DNA of 64,000 nucleotides, from positions 119,209 through 183,208 of IMG/VR virus record IMGVR_UViG_3300042923_001106; one strand, 5' to 3'. Of this stretch, positions 55,701-64,000 are shown piece by piece; position 1 is the stretch's first letter; each line of letters begins with the position of its first letter. The stretch comes from a virus. The notes under the pieces were generated by a model, which saw nothing but the letters and a program-made list of their open reading frames with translations, did not search any database and had not been told where the DNA came from. A program made the position numbers and the translations under genes.

Positions 55701-58700
55701 CTTGCGTTACCTTGATGTGTCCTTGAGGAGTCTTCAAGGCTTCTACAATGTCCGAACAGGTTTCAACCGTTAATGCATCTGAGAAAACAGAACGGTTTGA
55801 ACTGAACTGAGTCCCGTTTACACCGTCGTAATGGATTAGACTGTTGTTACCAAGGTGAGAGTTGTAGCCTTGGTAGTTCGCCGGAATTAACCAGCGTCCA
55901 AATGGAACGAATGGGTTGAAATCTGCTCCTTTTGTTAGTTGCCAGTTCGAGTAGGTGATGATTCCGGGCGCGCTGTTATTTAAATCGACAAATACGCTGC
56001 TTGCATCGACGGGAGTTGTAAATGTAAACGGACAACTAAACGCTTCCGGCACATACGATAGCACGTTGCCGTTTGCATCATGAAAGATTAACCTAAAGTA
56101 TGCGTTTGTACTACCGCTAACATTGAAAGTATATTGTTGATTCGGCAAAACACTAACCGTAGGCCCGGAAGGTTGCCATGCCGTTGTCGCATTCAGTGTC
56201 AACGCATAAGGCCCCGTCACGTTAGCATTCGCGTGCAACGTATCTGGCCGGTCCGGCAGCAAGTTCTCCACAATATTCGGCAGCGAGTCTACATATGGAA
56301 ACAAGGCACCAATTTTGTCTTCGCCAGTCCAGTTCGGATCGACGTCGATAAGGTTGTATGTTGCTTGGTCGATTTCGTAAATTGATACCTCATCAATATA
56401 CGCGGACAGTCCACCAGCACCTCCAGCACCTACTAAGAGCCGGAATCCATTCGTCGTGACCGTGTTTGAGGTATCTATTGTAATTTTGAGCAATTGCCAT
56501 GACCCGATTTGCGCAACACTTGCTTGACTTAAGTAGCGTGTATTGAATGTGCCCCGGTCCCTTATTGATATTTCTACGCCGCCGTCGGTGTACGACTCGA
56601 TATACACCCACGCTAACACCAGATATCTCTTACCTGTATCCAATTTATACGAATAATCTCTGTATACATAGCTACCAAAATTAACATTCGGCAAAACTTT
56701 CACAGACGTGTTTCCTGAACGTTTAACCGTCGTGGACAATTCGGGAGATACTCCGGAAAAATTCCACCCGATAAGGTTTTCAAACCCCCCATCCATACCT
56801 AACAAGTTCTTCAAGTCCACAAATGTCCCATCCGCTCTCTTCACATGCACCGACTGCAAGTCTTGCGGTACGCCAATTGGTGCGCGTTGTAACCCGTAGG
56901 TCTCGTTCACGGTCGTTTTCGTGTCCTTTGTCGTAAGGGTTCCGCGAAGCAAGCTGTCCAAACTACCCTCAAGGAGACTCTGGTAATTCACGCCTGTAAG
57001 CGAAACCTTGTGGCGAAGATCGATGATGTCATCAGCGTTTACGATGTTGGAGTATATTCCGTCGGGACGGTCAGATTGTTTCCATACTGCATAAGAACCC
57101 CAAAATATCGCTGAGTTTTTCGATACTGTTACATTCATGAGCGTGGCGCTTTTAGTCTCGTTGATAACTGATGGAAAATCTGTGTTCAAGATATAAATTT
57201 TATCCCCTGTTTTGAATCCTGCCGTGGACGCAACGGGTAAGTCAAATGGTACACCCATCGTAAATGCGTAGTCTGCTCCCGTTATAATAGTACTAGTGTA
57301 ATCCCGCGCCCCGTTAACATTATCCGCACGATACCCACCAGAGTTCCGACGCTTTACACGGAAAAGCGGAATGGCGTATACGTAGCCGTCGATTGTTTTC
57401 AGGGCGTCTTTGGAGGTTTGGGAGCCGTCGCCTGCCACCCACAATCCTTTATCCTCCAAGGCTATACCTTTAGTACTGGAGTAACCATTAATGGCGTAGT
57501 ATGATCTTGCAGATTCGGTAAAAAACGCAGAGTGCTTAAAAAAATCAGCTGACCCAGACCATATAGGAGCATTATTTAGTGGAACGGAATTTCCACCTTG
57601 TGCCTGAACAACAGGGTTTGGTATTGAACTGTCGATACCATCTCTATAATTTTCAAAATCCACCCCGGCGACGGAACGAATACGCCACTGCATAACTCCT
57701 TTTTGTCCCACATGTGGAAACCATGCTTCAAGAAATACAAGATCGTCGCGAGTCCCATAGGTTGGAGGAGCCGGAAGCAATACGCGATTCCACTCGTGAG
57801 TACCCATTTCTGCGTTAGCCGATTTTACTAACAGTTTGTACCCGTTGATAATGGCGTTAAATGGATTTGTCATTAAGTTGTTAGGGTACAATGAAAAGAA
57901 GTTTGATGGGACAATTTGTAATGCTCCGTCCACAGGGAGACTGCCTGAGCTGAATCCTTGAAAACCTGAGTTTAGATTGGTTATACCACTATGAACTTGT
58001 TGTCTTACAAGTTCAGCACTCGCCAGTGCTACGACATCTATATCCGCACTAGTTGCTGCTCCTGATAGATTAAAAGTATTAATATGAGTCCAAGCCGACC
58101 CATCATAACGATAATACGTATTATCTGCCAAGACCTGAACGGCATCTCCCAATTGAGGAGACGGATATGTTGTTACAATATCTGCGTATGTTGCAACCGG
58201 TGTTTTATAGTTTAGTTTCGTAGTATTAATCGCTGTATTAAGATTGCTTATCGCATTCGTCGTATTCGTTTGACGTGTTAATTCTTGTGATTGTCTTGTC
58301 GTTTCGTTGGTCTGTCTAGCCGTTTCATTAGTAGATCTTGCTGTTTCTGCTGTACTACGAGTATTCTCATTGGTATCTCGTTCATTTTCCGCTATCACAC
58401 GTGCAGACTCAACAGACACTCGATTTGCTTCAACTGATGCCCTCGAATTTTCAGCATTTACTCTTGCTGACTCCACACTTACCCGATTATTTTCCGCTGT
58501 CACTCTAGCCGATTCATTATTCTGTCTCGTTGTTTCATTCCCTGCTCTTGTTGTTTCTGCTAAGGCCCGATTCGATTCTTCTGTTGCTCTTGCACTCTCA
58601 GCAGACGCTCTTCCACTCTCCATAGTTACTCTGGAGGATTCAGCGCTTGCCCTCGCAGTCTCCGCACTCACTCTCGAACTTTCTGCATTTACTCGATTAG

Positions 58701-59682
58701 TCTCAGAAGTGTCGCGAATATTTTCTGCTGCATCACGTGCAGACTCATCGGATATTCGATCTGATTCTGCTGATGCCCTCGCGTTTTCAGCATTTACACG
58801 AGAAGACTCGGCACTCACTCGATTATTTTCCTCTGTCAGCCTAACTGATTCATTGCCCTGTCTTGTCGCTTCATTTCCTATTCTTGTTGTTTCGGCAATG
58901 GATCGATTTGAGTCTGCCGATACTCTCGCATTTTCGGCTAACGACCTATCATTTTCTGCTGTCACTCTTGAGGATTCTGCACTCGATCTCGAACTTTCCG
59001 CATTTACCCGGTTAGTCTCCGTTGTAGCCCGATTACTTTCTGCAGTAACACGCGCATTTTCTACACCAACGCGACCTGTCTCCGCACTTACTCTCGATGA
59101 TTCCTGAGACTGTCTCGTAGCTTCTTGTGATTGCCTTGTTGATTCCTGCGAGTTCCTCGTATTTTCAGATGACACTCTAACTGATTCAGCGCTTTGAATA
59201 TTCGTATTTGTTGAGTTAACTGTGTTTGTTGCATTGATTGCAGCTTGAGTTGCAGTCTCTGCATCATCGATGGCTTCACTTATTAAAGCTAAATCTTCAA
59301 TTGCTTGCTCTCCTTCGGAGATAATATCCCCGAGTGTCTTTGTCACGTCTCCGTTTGAATCTGTTTCTACATATACCCTCGTTGCAGGGTAAAACTGCAA
59401 TCCCTTTGCTTTAAAACTATATGAAAGCTGTAATCCTTCTCTTGACGAATGATGTGTGACTACTCCATTTGTATAGTCTACATAATATTCATTAGCAAAA
59501 GGTGAATGATTTTTTGTCTCGATCCACGTTACACCGATGCCACTTACTTGAACCTTTGCAAAAGAATCTGGTAATTCAGAAAGTACAACTTTAGAATTAA
59601 CAATCTGCTGTGATTCAGATTTATCTATATAATTAGTTCTCATTTGTGAGATTATTGGGTTTTGATAATCAAAAATGCTCAT
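52744..59682 (-). CDS. Giant tail fibre/receptor-binding protein (2312 aa)
   Basis: N-terminal anchor, long heptad repeat stalk, VATYADIVTTYPSPQLGD motif, carbohydrate-binding-like modules (NLLGMDGGFE..., LNATTAWQ..., NVLTQNQ...) and a duplicated C-terminal module. Confidence 0.85.
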   Translation of the reverse strand: MSIFDYQNPIISQMRTNYIDKSESQQIVNSKVVLSELPDSFAKVQVSGIGVTWIETKNHSPFANEYYVDYTNGVVTHHSSREGLQLSYSFKAKGLQFYPATRVYVETDSNGDVTKTLGDIISEGEQAIEDLALISEAIDDAETATQAAINATNTVNSTNTNIQSAESVRVSSENTRNSQESTRQSQEATRQSQESSRVSAETGRVGVENARVTAESNRATTETNRVNAESSRSSAESSRVTAENDRSLAENARVSADSNRSIAETTRIGNEATRQGNESVRLTEENNRVSAESSRVNAENARASAESDRISDESARDAAENIRDTSETNRVNAESSRVSAETARASAESSRVTMESGRASAESARATEESNRALAETTRAGNETTRQNNESARVTAENNRVSVESARVNAENSRASVEANRVSVESARVIAENERDTNENTRSTAETARSTNETARQTNETTRQSQELTRQTNTTNAISNLNTAINTTKLNYKTPVATYADIVTTYPSPQLGDAVQVLADNTYYRYDGSAWTHINTFNLSGAATSADIDVVALASAELVRQQVHSGITNLNSGFQGFSSGSLPVDGALQIVPSNFFSLYPNNLMTNPFNAIINGYKLLVKSANAEMGTHEWNRVLLPAPPTYGTRDDLVFLEAWFPHVGQKGVMQWRIRSVAGVDFENYRDGIDSSIPNPVVQAQGGNSVPLNNAPIWSGSADFFKHSAFFTESARSYYAINGYSSTKGIALEDKGLWVAGDGSQTSKDALKTIDGYVYAIPLFRVKRRNSGGYRADNVNGARDYTSTIITGADYAFTMGVPFDLPVASTAGFKTGDKIYILNTDFPSVINETKSATLMNVTVSKNSAIFWGSYAVWKQSDRPDGIYSNIVNADDIIDLRHKVSLTGVNYQSLLEGSLDSLLRGTLTTKDTKTTVNETYGLQRAPIGVPQDLQSVHVKRADGTFVDLKNLLGMDGGFENLIGWNFSGVSPELSTTVKRSGNTSVKVLPNVNFGSYVYRDYSYKLDTGKRYLVLAWVYIESYTDGGVEISIRDRGTFNTRYLSQASVAQIGSWQLLKITIDTSNTVTTNGFRLLVGAGGAGGLSAYIDEVSIYEIDQATYNLIDVDPNWTGEDKIGALFPYVDSLPNIVENLLPDRPDTLHANANVTGPYALTLNATTAWQPSGPTVSVLPNQQYTFNVSGSTNAYFRLIFHDANGNVLSYVPEAFSCPFTFTTPVDASSVFVDLNNSAPGIITYSNWQLTKGADFNPFVPFGRWLIPANYQGYNSHLGNNSLIHYDGVNGTQFSSNRSVFSDALTVETCSDIVEALKTPQGHIKVTQATEGVWAVGDTIKIRNDYGVITGVLDSDTGITRILTDGDGLSKIINIQNNGQFFPSDTVRVLKSDFSVGYSDTILSINGATSLNMNAFALPVGYINGWVIDTTASSSAPTVTATGIAGTWSNLGTKEVTYTITTVPTVTTTNIKIDYSAVFPPGKGINNVATNVLDAYVNGQRNVSGATVSAKANFVGKVSGSTDAIPHTFKFVANSALQVPSSVNWVERDTLEYRYVSTLDGLVSTNITGVSGNISQHIFSFNLIRLMEDKYGEGFFADCVDTAAKVAKLKANLSTIMCNWWGYGSGPLGNKATLAIWTEANSAWWQNSTGISTLGSVSKVQQVVFNDLINSWDVIDINGFVHFLAFAEASDGPTGTASSIRSDYVELEVTLNTAETGYTVLQPENPFPVVSENVLTQNQALPVDANGISLDAGVDLDSLGTLLVTMTSDRSKRLNMNIPIKSNTLYTLSYDIDSVTGGDIYSYIWGQPLNSIIKSADAISTGPRRRISITFNSISNSSIQFIVESVSTTDGITKTAKISRLKFQEGAIATTWTPGRKSNLTLNYLGKSAGSMFENPNRVLWRQLASVNQPPTVSSSEHWQGTYDNISKQDGILNVQPVSIEGYYPQDIYEFDLSHLGMSLSQLKAAVRGLTFSWVGYGSGDNGGVLSYGAIAKVWDDVDQTWIGGDGGWVNTSSSPSLIINGIDTSWPTRNFITKNQKIYVLVHSTYPSGPTIPSNLYTDYVSFKPAFADYVDYVKSNIVKVRPETKETKLQFPARSYRNLGGGANSDVVSLNYQHVPYQGIAAEGVEKTVKVLAKSNGIMAHTMGTGSVPPSAFASYIGMASRLPLNKETWRLMSESFDDSIGSGYLPVPNVFRQNIPVENYYYAHGIGTFENGIVGSSVKFLSGTKVIQGNYSVQSSQPQIALPNRANFYAVGALLPKAVTSQSIVYYLVSHDEELYLAVVTGIGEGIKEIGNGSAWDFFKIPGRPLLKGV
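58250..59190 (-). repeat. Degenerate 7/14-aa coiled-coil repeat within the tail fibre
   Basis: (E)SARVSAENxRxxAE-type repeats; these produce the stop-free antisense ORF 58307-59107. Confidence 0.85.
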
Positions 59683-59883
59683 TGTAATGGTTCCCTCCTT
59701 ATTACTAAATCATTTAATACCTTGAATGCAATAAAAGGTGCTTACATGCATACGATGAAATAAAAACTTTTACTTAATAAATAGCTTACGTATTGGCGTT
59801 ATTAAACGTCATTAAGGTGCTTATGGTCAATTTTTTAAATAGTTAAGCTATAAAGAAACTTATCTAAAATTCAATGTGACCTA

Positions 59884-61575
59884 CTATACGGAGTTGTTGA
59901 ATGCGTCCACTAGTTGATTCAAGTCACTAGCATAAATAATACTTCCGCTTACCTTTGATGCAGGTACGTTAGCATTCGGATTCAAATCTAAAATTGCATT
60001 TCTAATTTGATTAAAGAAATAATAATAAAAATTTCCGTTGGGGCTAGCCACCGTGAAGGAATTGTCCCCGTGGTAATAATTGAAAAATGAAAACTGAGAC
60101 AAGCCTTTATCTGATAATGCTTGGTTGATTTTTATTTGAAATTTATTCCACTCATCATTTGCTGATATATAAAATCCATGATTCGCCAACTTTTGAGGGC
60201 CAGTGATTAAAGTGCCGCTTGAATTATATCCGGCGTACTTCCATATAAACGGGTCTACAGGCGTTGTAAAATACGAATACCCAGAAGGCAATGAAAATAA
60301 ATCTGCATAGTATGACCCAATTGCAACAGACCATGCTTGGAATTTATACTGTGTGTTTGGTTTTAATTCAGTCTTATTAAAGTATAACTTCTTATCAGGT
60401 AATGAGCTGCCTGAGACAGCCATACAATTAATCATTCGCGCGATTGCAGCACTTGATCCACCGACAGGCAGATCCTCACAGTACAGCAACTTCAACACCT
60501 TTTGATCAATATCAGGGTATGTGGTGGGTCTTCCAGAAAAAATATTTTCATAAAAGCAACTATTCTTATATGCATTTCCATCATTTCCTGCTCCAAGCAC
60601 TTGCGCTACTTCTTCATGCATAATCGCTTGAAATGACATATCTATTGGATCAGTCGCCAGTTTAATCCAACCGGAGTACAATACTCCATTGCCATCCCAA
60701 TTTGCAAACCATTGTCCGTTATACCTGAAATCTGGATATACAAATCCCAATTCTGATGCTGTTCCAAAAGTCACCTCGATATCATAGTCTCCAGTAGTAA
60801 CAAGTTGGAGAGTCACGCCACTGCCGGAAATTATGCTGTTTAATTCGTTTAAATTACTTGATAATAGGTCATTGTAATATGATGAATTCCCCACTGCCGA
60901 GGACAGAAAAGTAGACTTATATCTAACTACAGGTTTCGTCCATCTTTTCAAAACAGTTGGAAATGATTCGTTGAATCTCCAATTTACTGATTCTCTAGAA
61001 TTTAAACAAATTGAATAAAAATATTGCCGTTCTTCAGGCGTATAGTTTTGAAAACGAGGGTTTGCTGTCGAATCAACTTCTCCCCACAGATACGCTACTC
61101 TTGATTCGCTCGAAGTGGTTGACATTGTGAAATCACTAGAATTAAAAGTAAGGTTTGTAGGAACTGATAGTGTGCATGTCATTGTCCAAGAAGGAAGCGA
61201 AAACCAGTCATACCCATTCGAACGGTTTAATCTAAAATAAATATCGTAACTAGTTCCTTGCGTAAGATTATATGCAAACATTTCTACGTATTGTTGACCA
61301 TTATTACTTACTGATTGTGAGAAAACTGGGGAACCTGATGGGAATATGCTGCCAGCATGCTGTATTATAAATTGAAAACTATAATATTGACTCGTGCTAT
61401 ACGCTGCATTAGTAAACATTCCTAGCGATCCATCATATTCATTCGATATAGCTAAGAATTTAAAATCTGCATGTCCAGTTCCGCTTGAAATAGTAGATGT
61501 AGTACCAGAATCACTCCCTCCACCCTTCATCATTAGATAGCCGCCTGTTCCGCCTCTGCTACTATATGTTTTCAT
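59884..61575 (-). CDS. Tail-module protein with a DUF2927-like zinc-metalloprotease domain
   Basis: RWTKPV, AIMHEEVAQVLGAGND and YPDIDQKVLKLLY motifs, flanked by Ser/Thr-rich beta domains; ATG 61575 follows GGAGG. Confidence 0.65.
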   Translation of the reverse strand: MKTYSSRGGTGGYLMMKGGGSDSGTTSTISSGTGHADFKFLAISNEYDGSLGMFTNAAYSTSQYYSFQFIIQHAGSIFPSGSPVFSQSVSNNGQQYVEMFAYNLTQGTSYDIYFRLNRSNGYDWFSLPSWTMTCTLSVPTNLTFNSSDFTMSTTSSESRVAYLWGEVDSTANPRFQNYTPEERQYFYSICLNSRESVNWRFNESFPTVLKRWTKPVVRYKSTFLSSAVGNSSYYNDLLSSNLNELNSIISGSGVTLQLVTTGDYDIEVTFGTASELGFVYPDFRYNGQWFANWDGNGVLYSGWIKLATDPIDMSFQAIMHEEVAQVLGAGNDGNAYKNSCFYENIFSGRPTTYPDIDQKVLKLLYCEDLPVGGSSAAIARMINCMAVSGSSLPDKKLYFNKTELKPNTQYKFQAWSVAIGSYYADLFSLPSGYSYFTTPVDPFIWKYAGYNSSGTLITGPQKLANHGFYISANDEWNKFQIKINQALSDKGLSQFSFFNYYHGDNSFTVASPNGNFYYYFFNQIRNAILDLNPNANVPASKVSGSIIYASDLNQLVDAFNNSV

Positions 61576-61678
61576 ACTGTCCTCCATAAAATAATAAAAG
61601 CCAACCGGAGTTGACTTGTAATTCATCCTATTCACTTTTATCAAAGAGTAATCTTCCTACCAAATACAGCCAATAATA

Positions 61679-61687
61679 TGTTATAAT
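61679..61687 (+). promoter_or_regulatory. Extended -10 promoter of the inverted moron
   Basis: TG-T-TATAAT, followed by AGGAG RBS. Confidence 0.5.
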
Positions 61688-61713
61688 GCAACTTAAAAAG
61701 GAGTTGATCATTT

Positions 61714-62421
61714 ATGAAAAAATACATTATTGGTGCTGTTGCCGGTGCCATCATAGCCACAACAATATCTGCCTATGCCGATGAAGGCTTAGAAAAAATT
61801 GAAGCTTATATCCGAAAAGGACTTCCCATTACATTAAATGGTTCTCATGTAACATTGGAAAGTCCTCCGGTTATGGTAGATGGTTCGACGTACTTAAAAT
61901 TAAGAGATGTTGCTTCATTGACTGGGTTGAATGTCAACTGGAATGAAGCCGCTCAGACTGTTGAATTGAGCAATGGTACTGAAAATCAAGGTACTGCTGT
62001 TGGTAATGGTTCTATAACTGTATCCAATACGCCAGTTGAGAATGTTGGGACTAACCAGCAAGATGGTATTGCTAAGAATGAACAACCACCTCTGTTCACT
62101 ATGGTGGATGAACTAAAGAAGATTTATTCTAAGAATTACGACTATGAATATAACGAAAATAATAACACTGCGGTCGTAACGATTTCAGATCAAGAGTATA
62201 ATATTTACAAAAACATTGATAATCAGAAAGATCGCATTACTTATTGTTTTATTTTCTTCGAAAAATTTATCTTAAATGCTTCGAGTACTTTTAAAAATTT
62301 TATAAATGAAAGGGATAAAATTGAAAATCTAAGGCTTATTTTTCAATATAATGGCGCAGATGTTTTAGAATTTAGAGATTTGGGAAATGAAACTTCTTCA
62401 CAAGATCTAACTATGAAATAA
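61714..62421 (+). CDS. Secreted protein with a copper-amine-oxidase N-terminal (stalk)-like domain; moron in inverted orientation
   Basis: Signal peptide MKKYIIGAVAGAIIATTISAYA; PVMVDGSTYLKLRDVA...VNWN...TVEL. Confidence 0.8.
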   Translation: MKKYIIGAVAGAIIATTISAYADEGLEKIEAYIRKGLPITLNGSHVTLESPPVMVDGSTYLKLRDVASLTGLNVNWNEAAQTVELSNGTENQGTAVGNGSITVSNTPVENVGTNQQDGIAKNEQPPLFTMVDELKKIYSKNYDYEYNENNNTAVVTISDQEYNIYKNIDNQKDRITYCFIFFEKFILNASSTFKNFINERDKIENLRLIFQYNGADVLEFRDLGNETSSQDLTMK

Positions 62422-62430
62422 TTTTTTAAA

Positions 62431-63999
62431 TTAACCAAATGTCGCATGAACGCCCGATACATTCCCTGTGAAGTTCCAATTTCCATTCGCAGTAACTGTT
62501 CCGTTTATTCCCGGAGTGATCGCTATACCTCCATACGGGTTAGATGATGCATCAATCTGGATTGAACCCGTATCAGATGCTGTTGTGGCTAACCTAACTA
62601 TTCCACCACTCTGAGTTAGAGTACCTCGCTTTGTTCCAAGATGGTACATGTCGAGTGATCGGTTTGCGGCATCAATAACCACTCCAGATAACTGATCAGA
62701 AGAATTGTAAGAGTAGAAACCTGTGGTATCCATTTGAATCCTTTGATTGTTATCTGAAGTTCTAAAAACTCCTCCAATAAAAGTACCGGCTCGAATTTCA
62801 GGTGAATATATGAATTTACCGCTAATAAACGTCCCACCACTATAAGTACCGTTTGCGATAGCAGTAGCTGTATTCAATGCTCCATTTGCTGTCCCCTGTG
62901 CCCCATTTGCTGTGTTCTGTGCAGTGGCAATTTTAGGATCAGCGTTTACATAGTTCCAATCAATCGTTGCATTGGCTCCAAGAGATATCCCTTGAATCGC
63001 ATTAATCTGATTCGCTGTTAATATCCCTGTATATATCCCTTGTGGAGTTAGATATGTTGTCTTTCCATTCCAAATTCCCGCTGAAGCAATCGCATTATCG
63101 CCAAACTGAGATGTCACAACAATCTGCCCAGTGGTAATTGAATCAATATAATTACCACTGATTCTATTTCCATTTAACACACTAGTTCCATTTATTCTAA
63201 AATCTGTTGCATTCACAACACCGGAAATGTTGACTTGTGAAGCCACCATATTTCCGGACATATCGACTCGAAACGGAGCATTTGCGAACGTTGCATTTCC
63301 TAAACTAATCCCCGATCCATTAGCCCTGAAAACATTGTTACCCGATCCAATAGTCAAGTTAACGCTGTTCATTTCCCCTGCTTTTATCTTCGAAGCTGTT
63401 ACTCCCTCACCGTCAATTACCGTTGTACCATCTGTACTTGTAATCTGAATAGCTCCATTCTGTACATACAGTCCGCGATAATCCAAACGTACAAACTTAT
63501 TCACATCAGTTGTGCTTGCGGTAATACCATTAGAATCTAACCGAATACTCGTTGGCAACGGTGCCTGTAGGCGTAAATCGTTTCGGATAGCACTATTAAT
63601 CGTATTCGAGTAGGTGTTCGCTGTAATTAAATTAGTATCCGAGTATACCTTAGCAGCCTGTAAATTTACATCCGAATGGGCAATTGCTTCGTCTTTCCTA
63701 ACGGAACCTATTTTATTAATCAATTTGGATTTTTTGTCTTGGACGTCTGCAAATTTATTATTAATATTTGTTCGGTCTGTTAAAGAAATAGCAGCCGGAT
63801 AAATAGGTCTGGTTGTCCACATTACTATCTCAGTATTAAGAATGCTCAATGCATTTTGATAATTTGTCTTCTCTGTGGAAATTCCAAGTGCTGTAGCCAC
63901 ATTGATGATATCATTGGATTCCTGATTAACTTGAGTTAGTGCAATGGCTAATGCTTGTGCTTCAGGATACGATATCATACCATCGTCCGCATATTCGTC
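62431..63999 (-). CDS. Phage tail spike/minor tail protein, 5'-truncated by the window edge
   Basis: The frame is open to the window edge; ITASKIKAG, APFRVDMSG and ITTGQI beta-helix-type repeats. Confidence 0.8.
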   Translation of the reverse strand, partial: DEYADDGMISYPEAQALAIALTQVNQESNDIINVATALGISTEKTNYQNALSILNTEIVMWTTRPIYPAAISLTDRTNINNKFADVQDKKSKLINKIGSVRKDEAIAHSDVNLQAAKVYSDTNLITANTYSNTINSAIRNDLRLQAPLPTSIRLDSNGITASTTDVNKFVRLDYRGLYVQNGAIQITSTDGTTVIDGEGVTASKIKAGEMNSVNLTIGSGNNVFRANGSGISLGNATFANAPFRVDMSGNMVASQVNISGVVNATDFRINGTSVLNGNRISGNYIDSITTGQIVVTSQFGDNAIASAGIWNGKTTYLTPQGIYTGILTANQINAIQGISLGANATIDWNYVNADPKIATAQNTANGAQGTANGALNTATAIANGTYSGGTFISGKFIYSPEIRAGTFIGGVFRTSDNNQRIQMDTTGFYSYNSSDQLSGVVIDAANRSLDMYHLGTKRGTLTQSGGIVRLATTASDTGSIQIDASSNPYGGIAITPGINGTVTANGNWNFTGNVSGVHATFG

Positions 64000-64000
64000 A

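Larger units (their letters stand above)
1..64000. mobile_element. Segment of a large SPbeta-like temperate phage/prophage (probable Paenibacillus-type host)
   Basis: The SPbeta-like set of helicase, primase, RecJ, RNR, dUTPase, DnaE and large serine recombinase on + converges on holin, lysin and tail genes on -. No housekeeping host genes are seen. Confidence 0.9.

Noticed and set aside
58307-59107. 266-aa + strand ORF
   Set aside because: It is the antisense shadow of the low-complexity coiled-coil repeat of the tail fibre and has no RBS.
52744-59682. Diversity-generating retroelement targeting the fibre
   Set aside because: No reverse transcriptase or near-identical TR/VR pair was seen. 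The duplicated modules are highly diverged.
123-63802. Most short track ORFs antisense to, or overlapping, well-supported genes (e.g. 974-1414, 27952-28425, 54656-54961)
   Set aside because: They lie fully within motif-supported genes on the other strand or frame, and have no RBS or recognisable motif.
1-64000. Arbitrium (aimR/aimP) or sro repression operon expected in SPbeta-like phages
   Set aside because: No TPR receptor, signal pro-peptide or tyrosine-recombinase-fold gene was recognised here. They may lie outside the window.

Overview
The whole 64 kb window is part of a large SPbeta-like temperate phage or prophage. The host is most likely a Paenibacillus or related spore-former, inferred from a Paenibacillus-type copper-amine-oxidase N-terminal (stalk) domain protein and a Paenibacillus-type SpoVID domain. 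No host chromosomal genes or att junction are visible. Positions 1-49.9 kb (+ strand) hold the replication, nucleotide-metabolism and accessory arm: DnaB-like helicase, primase, RecJ, ATP-cone-NrdB/short NrdA, dUTPase, ThyX, DnaE, RecU, a large serine recombinase and an ATP-dependent ligase, interspersed with about 70 small accessory ORFs. Positions 49.9-64 kb (- strand) hold lysis and distal tail genes, with one inverted moron. The most striking unexplained structures are: (1) about 30 copies of a 20-bp 7-6-7 palindrome, (A/G)AT(A/G)AAA-N6-TTT(C/T)AT(T/C), placed at gene boundaries with the upstream stop codon often in a fixed register, which suggests a cassette-shuffling or regulatory system; (2) a GC-richer block whose tiny ORFs are joined by a second repeated junction, GGGGAGGATACCCAATGA; (3) a set of sporulation and host-protein fragments (SpoVID N-domain fusion, sigma-K-like region 4, YyaC, stand-alone ClpX zinc-binding domain); and (4) a 168-nt branched hairpin directly after the serine recombinase, followed by a nuclease-less zinc-finger repeat protein and a stand-alone recombinase zinc ribbon. 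Several genes are missing or truncated in the ORF track because of non-canonical starts or single-base frameshifts. All family assignments come from motif recognition by eye; no database search was run.
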